This document shows, piece by piece, positions 10,172 to 18,607 of a stretch of DNA of 64,000 nt; the stretch's first letter is position 1; every line of letters begins with the position of its first letter. The notes under the pieces are model-generated. The model was not told the origin of the DNA and did not search any database. It saw only the letters and a program-made list of their open reading frames with translations. This DNA is from an uncultured archaeon (lineage in GTDB: Archaea > Asgardarchaeota > Thorarchaeia > Thorarchaeales > Thorarchaeaceae). Both the position numbers and the translations under genes were made by a program. The stretch covers positions 1-64,000 of the forward strand of contig CAZSWP010000015.1 of NCBI GenBank assembly GCA_964610875.1. Direction: 5' to 3'.

Positions 10172-10688
10172 GATATTTTTCAAGGTCCTCCACCAGTTTT
10201 TCCACAAAAAACCACCTTGTTGCATATGTATAACCATAACCATGAAGCCCTCTAATGCTTCCAAAAGCATCTCTCCATGCAGGCCACAGGATCATAAGAT
10301 GATGATGTGGCGTCAGAAAATAACATGAATACCGGTCAAGTTCTTTCTCTATTAGGAATCGTTTGAGTCTAGCTTTGAATATATCTGCTTGACCCTTTAT
10401 TCTCCATAGTGCTCCTGGTGGATAGTTATAATCTGGATAATCGTAACGTGAATATGGTATAATTGTCATCGGTTCTGATAGAATAAGTAAATCGCAATTA
10501 TCTCTAAATCTATGAAATAGTTGTTTATGTGAAACTGATTCCTGAATAGGCTTGGATTTTGAACAGGGAACGAAGAGAATTGGTTTTCCTGTAGGTTGCC
10601 ATGACTGTAGAACGGACCTTGTGAAATCAATCACATCTGGATGCTCAAAGAGATGAGATACCTTCATTTTCCTACACAAAGGCGCCAT
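10140..10688 (-). CDS. Stand-alone DUF5591 / archaeosine synthase (ArcS) core-like protein
   Basis: [14 protein letters not shown] matches the ArcS signature PC-x3-KPY-x2-S-x2-H (Y->I); LSEP..IIP and Y.YPP also present; 13 bp downstream of dpdA. Confidence 0.75.
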   Translation of the reverse strand: MAPLCRKMKVSHLFEHPDVIDFTRSVLQSWQPTGKPILFVPCSKSKPIQESVSHKQLFHRFRDNCDLLILSEPMTIIPYSRYDYPDYNYPPGALWRIKGQADIFKARLKRFLIEKELDRYSCYFLTPHHHLMILWPAWRDAFGSIRGLHGYGYTYATRWFFVEKLVEDLEKYPRQDDTHHVP

Positions 10689-10701
10689 CCTTATACGAAT
10701 A

Positions 10702-11925
10702 TTAGAAATCTTCGAGGGTGGCTTGAGACGTAGATGGTTCTTCTTGGAGTATCCTCTTCAATTCGTTATAGAAGACATATGTATTATGAAATCCTCTTCT
10801 TCTATTGCGATTATTCCCTCTAAAAATAATCACTTCAATTCCTATTTGTTTACATATTGCACAATCACACTGTTTCCATGGTTTATCTTCAAGTGTTTTC
10901 TTATACAAGTCTGCATGGTCACGTGTATCTCCCATGAGTCTATCATACCAGAGAAGTGCTTCTAACACTTCATCAATATCCGCATCACCTCTATCAAAAG
11001 CCCGGAGTAGCGTCATGCATCCTCTCTCATATGCGGCAAGTTCTTCATACTCTATCTTTCCCGCTTCTACAATCTTCTTTGCACGAGGACTCTTGTCAGA
11101 TTGAGGGACTCGTAGGGCAGCATAGCCTTTATCCCCGGAAAGAATGTAGTTGGACCTAGCTCCTAACCATGAACGTCGTAGGTGAGATGCGGAATCAAAT
11201 GAAGACAAGCCAAGTTCTTGAAGAGTACGAAGTGCATTGATTCTGGCCACACCAAAGAGATGTACTTTGATATCATCATCGTGCTTTTCAATCACATCAT
11301 GAACTGCTCGCATAACCTTGAGAATGTTCGATGTCTGAGCGCGAGTGAGCCCTCCTATTGCAATATACTTGTATCCCATATCGAGAAGAGCCTTGACTGC
11401 ATCCTGATATGATGAAGGATTCCAACCTTGTGCTGCACCTATGGGTACGTAAGAATACGCTCTTTCTTGATGACGTTTCAAAAAAGATTCAGCATTTTTC
11501 ATGGTTAAATCAAAACGATACTGTTTCTCATCTTCCACTGCAGGTACAATGAGATGGTCTACACTGACTCCATAGTCAAATCCTAATGCGTTGTAATAAT
11601 CCGCTATCTCGACTGGAGAGAAGGGTGGGTCACGGTCATTGATATAACCATATGCTCCACAATCACCAAATACAGGTCCCTTGAAATTGAGATGCTCATG
11701 AATACCGCTTTTTTGTACTCGACGGAGATTCTTTTTGTTCTCTTCTATCTTGACCTTTGAAACAAGAATTCCGTCATAAGGTGCAGTTCCATATATCTCA
11801 TGAGATGTTACCTTTAATCCATCAGTAGGAGTATCATTGATGAAATCATAATTCAAATCCACTAAGTCATCCCACCAAGGGATGAAATACATGATGTCTC
11901 TCTTTTGTGGTTGACTTTTGGACAT
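10702..11925 (-). CDS. dpdA: DpdA-type 7-deazaguanine transglycosylase (TGT paralogue acting on DNA)
   Basis: YFIPWWDDLVD, YDGILVS, GDCGAY, GFDYGVSVDH, QGW, AIGGL, HLFGV, FDSAS, PWKQCDCAIC...FRGNNRNRRRGFHN are characteristic of DpdA rather than tRNA TGT; no PUA domain. Confidence 0.88.
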   Translation of the reverse strand: MSKSQPQKRDIMYFIPWWDDLVDLNYDFINDTPTDGLKVTSHEIYGTAPYDGILVSKVKIEENKKNLRRVQKSGIHEHLNFKGPVFGDCGAYGYINDRDPPFSPVEIADYYNALGFDYGVSVDHLIVPAVEDEKQYRFDLTMKNAESFLKRHQERAYSYVPIGAAQGWNPSSYQDAVKALLDMGYKYIAIGGLTRAQTSNILKVMRAVHDVIEKHDDDIKVHLFGVARINALRTLQELGLSSFDSASHLRRSWLGARSNYILSGDKGYAALRVPQSDKSPRAKKIVEAGKIEYEELAAYERGCMTLLRAFDRGDADIDEVLEALLWYDRLMGDTRDHADLYKKTLEDKPWKQCDCAICKQIGIEVIIFRGNNRNRRRGFHNTYVFYNELKRILQEEPSTSQATLEDF

Positions 11926-12014
11926 GGAGTAATCCTCTACCGTTTCTTTGTTTTTTGACTACCTTATCAACACATCCCTTTTATCGGGACACCAACCTGC
12001 TTGATGTGGTCGAT

Positions 12015-12737
12015 ATGAGAATATGTGTTGTTGGAAGCTGCGGAAAGAGAAAAGCGACCTCCAGTCCACAATCTCCCACTTGTAAAGACATACCCTCGAA
12101 AGAGGCCCTTGTAAAATGGCAAAAAAAGCTAAAACATCTCTGTCGTCCAGCTCGTGACTTATATGTAGGCTCTCAACCCACAGAATTGACAAAAGGCGTA
12201 TCTCTTCTAAGACAGGCTGATGGTGTATCTGTAGACTACTATATCATATCTGCAGGATTTGGTTTCTTGAGAGAAGATGAGCTTGTTCCTCCCTATGAAT
12301 GCTCGTTTGCTGGCATGTCAAAATCTAGAATCGTATCAAGGGCTGATGCATTATCAATACCCAATGATTTTGAAAAAGTCGTAAGAACTGGATATGATAT
12401 TCTGTATCTTGCTTTAGGTAAGAACTATCTCACTTCTCTGGGTACTTCTTGGGTTGATTTACTTAATGGGACAGTAGTAATTCTGTTTGGTGCTACTTGT
12501 CCGTCTGATAACATCATAAGTCTACCCTCAGACAATGCCATTGTACGAAGATTTTCACAGAGTGGGTATAAGATACATGGTGCAGTTGGGTTCAAAGGAG
12601 ATCTCTTCAGGATTCTTGCAAGCAGTGTTATGAGTTGTAGTGATCCACATAGCGAGCTAATGGGATGGTTGGAACCTACTTATTTCAAACAAGTCTTTTC
12701 TGACATGACATCTGCTAGACAAACATATTTGTCATAG
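12015..12737 (+). CDS. DUF6884/YaaA-like protein of the type often found with dpdA
   Basis: VVGSCGKRK, PARDLYVG, YIISAGFG...VPPYECSF; ATG at 12015 avoids overlap with dpdA. Confidence 0.7.
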   Translation: MRICVVGSCGKRKATSSPQSPTCKDIPSKEALVKWQKKLKHLCRPARDLYVGSQPTELTKGVSLLRQADGVSVDYYIISAGFGFLREDELVPPYECSFAGMSKSRIVSRADALSIPNDFEKVVRTGYDILYLALGKNYLTSLGTSWVDLLNGTVVILFGATCPSDNIISLPSDNAIVRRFSQSGYKIHGAVGFKGDLFRILASSVMSCSDPHSELMGWLEPTYFKQVFSDMTSARQTYLS

Positions 12738-13601
12738 TGTGATTTTCTCTCTCTCCAATTCTACTTTAGCGTGTTGTCCCTTTTCAGTATCATCATAATA
12801 GATAACACAACTAATGGTAAATGAATTCACTGGCTTTGCCATCGTTACTGTGACCATACACTCTGTTTCATATGGTTCTGGGCTTAGAGATGCCTCAATA
12901 AAACCAATGATAATTCTATTTTGTTTAGGGTCGTATGAATACGGTTTGACGTGTTTAATCTTGAAGTTAGGACCAAGTTCTAATTCAAGTTCCACATTTT
13001 GATATGGATGTAGGATATTATTAGTTAGACCTATAGTCAAGAGAATTTCATCAGTTCCCTTCCTCTCAATTCTTTTAACCAATGTAGCCATGGGTGGAAC
13101 ATACTTTTTCTTCTGCGATTTTCGTCCACGTCGACTCTTCGTTGCTTTGCGCTTTTCAGCCGGTAGAGCTTTCCTTCCCTCATATGGCCCTTCTTCCAGT
13201 TTTGATGGGTCTTCATCCCATTTAAGTAGAGTTCGAAAAGTAGCCACTTTAAACGTGTTTAACTTGCCTGACTCAATCCTTTGTTCGCTCTGTGCCTCAC
13301 GTACCACTTCCACAATCTCATCACGTAGGGCTGCCATTTTTATTTTCTCGAGATTTTCATCAGCCCTCAAAGTCTTTGCCCAAGTATCAATAAATTTGAT
13401 GATTTTCTTTCCAGTTGGTATTTTCTCTTCATTCTCTGCAAACCAAGCTTTTCTAGTGGTTCTTGAATAATCAAAAGGCGAAAACCGCGTACAGGCTTTC
13501 TGCCATTCCTTTAGATCTTGCTTTGCGAGATCACCCCTCAGCAATTCTCTGATGTATTTCTTTTTCTTGGGTGAAATCTCAACCTTTTTCTTCTCTGACA
13601 T
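12732..13601 (-). CDS. Hypothetical protein: helical N-domain, basic linker, C-terminal Ig-like beta-sandwich
   Basis: Long ORF; alternating hydrophobic strands in last ~120 aa; start at MSEKK chosen. Confidence 0.7.
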   Translation of the reverse strand: MSEKKKVEISPKKKKYIRELLRGDLAKQDLKEWQKACTRFSPFDYSRTTRKAWFAENEEKIPTGKKIIKFIDTWAKTLRADENLEKIKMAALRDEIVEVVREAQSEQRIESGKLNTFKVATFRTLLKWDEDPSKLEEGPYEGRKALPAEKRKATKSRRGRKSQKKKYVPPMATLVKRIERKGTDEILLTIGLTNNILHPYQNVELELELGPNFKIKHVKPYSYDPKQNRIIIGFIEASLSPEPYETECMVTVTMAKPVNSFTISCVIYYDDTEKGQHAKVELEREKITL

Positions 13602-13837
13602 GAGTTTTACATCCCCCTGAGTGTGACACTCAAAATTCTGCATCATTCTATTAGAGGGAACACCAATATAAATTCTTCCGCAATAGATATTCTGTATATC
13701 ACTTGCAACATTTACTTCAAACTAATTAGTACTGTACAATCTTATATAAAGTCCTAGAAGCCATAGAAAAATCAGATATACTTGAAAATAATCCCTTTTC
13801 CAAGAACTGGATATGAGACCTTTAGAACACAAAGGAA

Positions 13838-14179
13838 CTATTCCGATTCTATTCCAAATTTCAGATAATGTCCTTTTTCCTTTTTAGTACCAAAGCTCCT
13901 GAGGCCCTCTGATTTGAGTTGCCTCTTGATGTCCCTGGCCATTGAGTTTGTGAGTTCGCCACTCTTTACAAGATATTCTAAAATCTCCAAAGCTTGAGAA
14001 ACCGTATCACATCTTCTAATGTAATCAACAACACTAGGAATGTAGGTCCTTGGCTCTGATGGTTTGTCTGAATCTTCTGACATAACTCGGACCCCATCTA
14101 TCTGGTATTCTTGCGTTTCGCTAGACTCCAGCTCCTTCGCCAATGCAGGATAGTTTTTTCGGAACTCTTCGTCCTTCAT
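13838..14179 (-). CDS. DUF2095 family protein
   Basis: FRKNYPALAKEL, P.VVDYIRRCDT, GLRSFG.KK..G.Y. Confidence 0.85.
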   Translation of the reverse strand: MKDEEFRKNYPALAKELESSETQEYQIDGVRVMSEDSDKPSEPRTYIPSVVDYIRRCDTVSQALEILEYLVKSGELTNSMARDIKRQLKSEGLRSFGTKKEKGHYLKFGIESE

Positions 14180-14266
14180 AGTGTATCTCCTGTTAGGCCG
14201 TAAGGATGGTCAGGCATACGCAAGGACAATCTCTCAGACTACTCTTATAATCCATTTGATGACGCC

Positions 14267-15817
14267 CTAGTTATTGATGAATTTCCAAGGGAGTGTAGCT
14301 TTGTTCCTGTTTTCTTGGCTTGCAATCTCAAAAAATGGGATTCCAGTGTTCTTTTCTGCTCGTCTCCATCCCCCCAATCCTCCATATTTAGCTGCTTCAA
14401 TTATGACACGACCTAATGTTCTGTCACCAATTGAGAGAGCGGCTTGAATTCGAGCATTTCTTGGGTCTAGAAATTCTGTCTTTACTCTTGAAACATTCTT
14501 TAGTTCATCTTCTATCTGCTTGAACTTACTTCGCATCTCACTTAGAGTCGGTTGTGGCTTAGTTTCCCATCTCGTTTGTGCCTTTGGAATGAATGGATTG
14601 ACATTCGCAACCACACGTAAACCTGAAATCTCAGCTATTGCCTTGGACATTTCTGCAATAGATGAAACATCATCTACAGTTTCACCAGGAAGACCTACAA
14701 TGTAGTATGCCTTGATCGAAAGGTATCTGGTTTCAGCGGCAAGCTCTGCAGCTTTAAAGATGGCATCATCCGAGAGACCTTTCCCTAGGTCTCTTCTCAG
14801 CCTTGCAGAGCCAGTTTCAGGTGCAATTGTAAGAGTCCTCTGCCCTCCTCTATGCAATGCATGTAGGAGTTCCAAAGTCACAGTGTCTGCTCTGAGAGAA
14901 GGTACTGAGAGTTCAAGTTCTTGATCCACAATCCATGTGGATAGCGAATCCAACGAATCTAAATCACCAAGCGAAGATGCAATGAGTGAAACTTTTCTAA
15001 CTGGTGTTTCTTGAAGCCCTTGTTCGATAATATCTATCAATCTTTGCAGACTTCGGACACGTCTGGGTCTACAGACATGACCAATTAGGCAGAACTTGCA
15101 GGAATGACCACAACCCCGACTTACTTCTACGAGAAGCGACCTACCAAAGACAGAATCTAGCTTCTGTTCTTCATCTTCGAAAGGAATCACCTGTGCGGTT
15201 GGATGAAAGAGTGGGTCTACATCTTGGATTATTAGACGCTTGACATGTGTCGAAACATCTGGTACATATACACCTTCCAATCCTGCCAAACTTAGTATAC
15301 TTTCATCGCGACTTTTGGAATTCTTCACAATCTCAATTATCTCACTAATCACCAAGTCCCCTTCACCAATAACAAACACATCAACAATATCCGCGTATGG
15401 TTCAGGATTTGCGCTTACAGCTGGACCCCCTACAAGAACAATGGGATCGTTTGCCCGTCGCGACTTTGATTCAGCTGAAATGCCTGCTTGAGTAAGCATC
15501 TGAACGAGATTGATTATATCTTCCTCATAGGTCAAAGAAAAGCCAACAATATGATTATCTTCGAGCTTTCTTGCTGTTTCTACAGAATGTACCGCAGATG
15601 GAACATCATATCGAAAATACCTCTCACAAGATGTATCTTCTCGCTGATTGAGAATTGAATAGAACAGATGACTTGCGAGACCTGTCATACCTGCCCGATA
15701 AGTCGAGGGGTAACAGTAGCCAAAAAGAACATCGACACGACTAATGTCCTTCCGAACTGCATTATATTCTCTGAGGACCTTCCCGCGCAAGATACCCCCC
15801 TCAATCAGTTCCATCAA
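14267..15817 (-). CDS. Radical SAM protein (B12-binding-like N-domain, YPxxYxxGM class)
   Basis: YPSTYRAGMTGL, EVSRGCGHSCKFC, SLRAD, TIAPETGS, FIPKAQT. Confidence 0.88.
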   Translation of the reverse strand: MMELIEGGILRGKVLREYNAVRKDISRVDVLFGYCYPSTYRAGMTGLASHLFYSILNQREDTSCERYFRYDVPSAVHSVETARKLEDNHIVGFSLTYEEDIINLVQMLTQAGISAESKSRRANDPIVLVGGPAVSANPEPYADIVDVFVIGEGDLVISEIIEIVKNSKSRDESILSLAGLEGVYVPDVSTHVKRLIIQDVDPLFHPTAQVIPFEDEEQKLDSVFGRSLLVEVSRGCGHSCKFCLIGHVCRPRRVRSLQRLIDIIEQGLQETPVRKVSLIASSLGDLDSLDSLSTWIVDQELELSVPSLRADTVTLELLHALHRGGQRTLTIAPETGSARLRRDLGKGLSDDAIFKAAELAAETRYLSIKAYYIVGLPGETVDDVSSIAEMSKAIAEISGLRVVANVNPFIPKAQTRWETKPQPTLSEMRSKFKQIEDELKNVSRVKTEFLDPRNARIQAALSIGDRTLGRVIIEAAKYGGLGGWRRAEKNTGIPFFEIASQENRNKATLPWKFINN

Positions 15818-17084
15818 TCTGAATCGTTTCTTGTTGCTGTTTAGCTATCACAAGTGTGTTTGGGGCAATATCTTTGTCAACTATAACACCAACACCCGTC
15901 CTTGCACCTTTATGGAGTACCACTCCCGGTGCAAGTGATGTACCGATTCCTGTTTTTACATCGTCCGCGATAATAGCACCTAATTTACGTCTTCCTGAGC
16001 TGACCCGTTGTCCTTTCACAGAAACTCGTACATCTGCATTATCATGACGGAGATTTGCAGTGATGGTTCCTGCCCCAAAATTTGAATGCCGCCCGATGAT
16101 AGAGTCCCCCACATATGAGAGGTGTCCCACATTTGTATCTCTCATTATGATACTGTTCTTTATTTCAACAGCATTTCCAATCTTTACTTTTCTCTCCAGA
16201 GCAGTATACGCTCTGATATAGCAATTTGGCCCCACTACACACTCAGGACCAATATATACGGGGCCTTCGATATAGGCACCACTCTTTATCAATGCCGAAG
16301 GCTCAATAATTGTGTTTCCTTTAATCACTGCGCCTTCTTCAACTATTCCCTCTACTCTCCTCACTGCAGTACTCATAATTTGCTTATTCGCACGTAACAA
16401 GTCCCAAGGTTTTCCAATCTCAAGCCAGTATGATGAGATTTGATATGCACCAACATTACCATTCTTGATAAGCATCATCACGGAATCGGTGAGTTCGTAT
16501 TCTCCACGTTTCGACAGTTTCGTTTGTTCTATTGCATTCCATATCCTCTGACTGAATGCATAGACTCCAGCATTGGCTAGGTTACCCATCTCCTGTTCGG
16601 GTGAGGGCTTCTCATAGAGGTCTACTGCTTTCCCATCCTCTACTTTGAAGACACCATATGCTGCAGGATTATCAACAGGAAAGACAGTGACCGTGGCTTT
16701 GTATTGACCCTGCTTGTGTGCCTTGATAGTACCAGCAAAGTCGTCACTAGATATCATGATGTCTCCATTCAAGAGTAGTATTTCATCATCACCCGCAAAC
16801 TCTCTTGCATGACCTGCTGCATGTGCTGTTCCCTTTCGTTCCTCTTGGAGGATGTATGAGATTGTCATCTCTCCCCAGTCTTCAGCGTCGATGGTTTCCC
16901 GAAGGAGGTCACCATGGTAGCCATAGATGATCAAGGTCTCTTTGATGCCTGCATCTCGCAACGCCCAAAGAGTATGAAATAGCATTGGCTTTCCAGCAAT
17001 TGGAAGAAGATGTTTTGGTTGATTAGCTGACAGGGGGAGCATTCTTGTAGACTGTCCCGCTGCCATTATTGCAGCCTTTTTCAT
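15801..17084 (-). CDS. glmU: Bifunctional sugar-1-phosphate nucleotidyltransferase/acetyltransferase (archaeal GlmU)
   Basis: AAGQSTRMLPL..PK, hexapeptide LbH repeats, HLSYVGDS, GRRKLG; start at MKKAAIM (17084). Confidence 0.92.
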   Translation of the reverse strand: MKKAAIMAAGQSTRMLPLSANQPKHLLPIAGKPMLFHTLWALRDAGIKETLIIYGYHGDLLRETIDAEDWGEMTISYILQEERKGTAHAAGHAREFAGDDEILLLNGDIMISSDDFAGTIKAHKQGQYKATVTVFPVDNPAAYGVFKVEDGKAVDLYEKPSPEQEMGNLANAGVYAFSQRIWNAIEQTKLSKRGEYELTDSVMMLIKNGNVGAYQISSYWLEIGKPWDLLRANKQIMSTAVRRVEGIVEEGAVIKGNTIIEPSALIKSGAYIEGPVYIGPECVVGPNCYIRAYTALERKVKIGNAVEIKNSIIMRDTNVGHLSYVGDSIIGRHSNFGAGTITANLRHDNADVRVSVKGQRVSSGRRKLGAIIADDVKTGIGTSLAPGVVLHKGARTGVGVIVDKDIAPNTLVIAKQQQETIQIDGTD

Positions 17085-17539
17085 GACGAGACGCTGATAG
17101 AGAGTCCCCTTAATGACTTTCTCGGTAGAAGTGTTATTACCAAAATCGGAAGGCATCCGACTAGTTTTGGTGCAACTCATATTCATGGCAACACCATACG
17201 AACTATTGTTAACCATAATTGAGATGTTACGTAGATTAACTGTTTCATATCCTGCGTTATATAGTCAAGTCTTTTGTTCTAGATGCTCACGATGGAAATT
17301 TGTGAATATGAAATACGTGTTTTAGTGCTTTGGATTGACTCCTTATCCAGGTTGCCTAATTCAAACGAACGCATATATATTCAAAAGACCATTCGATTGG
17401 CGCGGTGTGGTACTGCGACATGTAAAATTTAGACGGCGATAGATTAATAAGGGTCGTTGTAACAGTAATAAGATGTGGTTAGAGGCAAATCGAAAATTAA
17501 AGCCTCTATTACAATAACATAAAGGTTGGACCAAGTAAA

Positions 17540-17785
17540 ATGATGAGTGACAAAGAACTACAAGAAGAGCTCAAGACGATGAAGCTCACTAAAAGTCAGA
17601 TGATTGTCCTCGATATTCTACGCAGCAGTGGTAAGAACGGTGTTACGCCTAAGCAACTACTGGACAAGGTGTCCTTTGCACCAAGAACAGTACGTTACGC
17701 CTTGAGAAAACTTCTCAAAAAGCAGTTGATCAAGCGCGTGCCATGCCTGCAGGATATGAGGCAATGGATATACGTACCAGCGTAA
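17540..17785 (+). CDS. Small winged-helix DNA-binding protein (MarR/TrmB-like)
   Basis: LTKSQMIVLDIL...APRTVRYALRKL...DMRQWIY. Confidence 0.85.
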   Translation: MMSDKELQEELKTMKLTKSQMIVLDILRSSGKNGVTPKQLLDKVSFAPRTVRYALRKLLKKQLIKRVPCLQDMRQWIYVPA

Positions 17786-17881
17786 TAGCGACACATTTTT
17801 TCGCGGTCGCAAGAGAAACGATTAATATTGACACACCTGTGACTGGAAGCCTCAGGGCTCCTGGTTTCAGGAGGGACTTCA

Positions 17882-18607
17882 TTGTACGATTCTGAACACA
17901 TATTTAGTGAGGAGAGACAATTCATGCAGGGCCCAAGAGCAATGGATACACTGAAGATACTCACCGGTGATGAAGCAATTGATGCTGTCAAAGCTCTCAA
18001 CGATGAGAATCGTCGTCAGATACTCCATGCACTGAGAGCACGTAGCATGACCACCTCTGAATTAGTTGATTTCCTATCTAGCCAAGACTCAGAAAAAGAA
18101 GTGAAGCCACAAACAGTTCGCTATCATGTCAAAGAATTAGAAAAATGTGGCTTGGTGGAACAAGATGGCTATGAACCCACAGGAAATGGCGATAGTCATA
18201 TTATGCAAAAGAAATGGAAAGCAACTGCTGAGAATGTGTTCATTGCAACAGGTGATATGGACAATCTCCCTGAGAGAGCATCCTATGACTTGGATCGAAC
18301 ACTAGATATTGTTGAAACCATGCGACAGCTTGGCCTCGAACTCAAAGACGATGATGAGATGAAGAGTGTTGCAGAGGACTTTGTGAAACGTGATAAGTTA
18401 TACATGAAAGGCCTCGAACTGGCTAAAGAAACATTGAAAGATGTGTGTGAGTTGGACCCAAAACTCTACGTCGTCTTCAGAAGAATTCTGAGTGTTGTGA
18501 GACTCAATGATGCTGACTACAAGGATTACTGGAAGTTGAGTCGCAGAATCACAGATATTCTACGAGAAGCATATCGCAGAGGTCATGGTAACCCAGAGGT
18601 ATACTAA
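17882..18607 (+). CDS. ArsR-family HTH transcriptional regulator
   Basis: KALNDENRRQILHAL...QTVRYHVKELEKCGLV; true start may be ~17924-17942. Confidence 0.82.
   Translation: MYDSEHIFSEERQFMQGPRAMDTLKILTGDEAIDAVKALNDENRRQILHALRARSMTTSELVDFLSSQDSEKEVKPQTVRYHVKELEKCGLVEQDGYEPTGNGDSHIMQKKWKATAENVFIATGDMDNLPERASYDLDRTLDIVETMRQLGLELKDDDEMKSVAEDFVKRDKLYMKGLELAKETLKDVCELDPKLYVVFRRILSVVRLNDADYKDYWKLSRRITDILREAYRRGHGNPEVY

Noticed and set aside
10702-11925. Ordinary archaeosine tRNA-guanine transglycosylase
   Set aside because: Lacks the TPxxxPV start and PUA domain; carries DpdA-type motifs
14267-15817. Radical SAM as the RaSEA partner of the ArcS-like protein
   Set aside because: Motifs fit a different widespread family and it overlaps glmU in an operon; no evidence of a link
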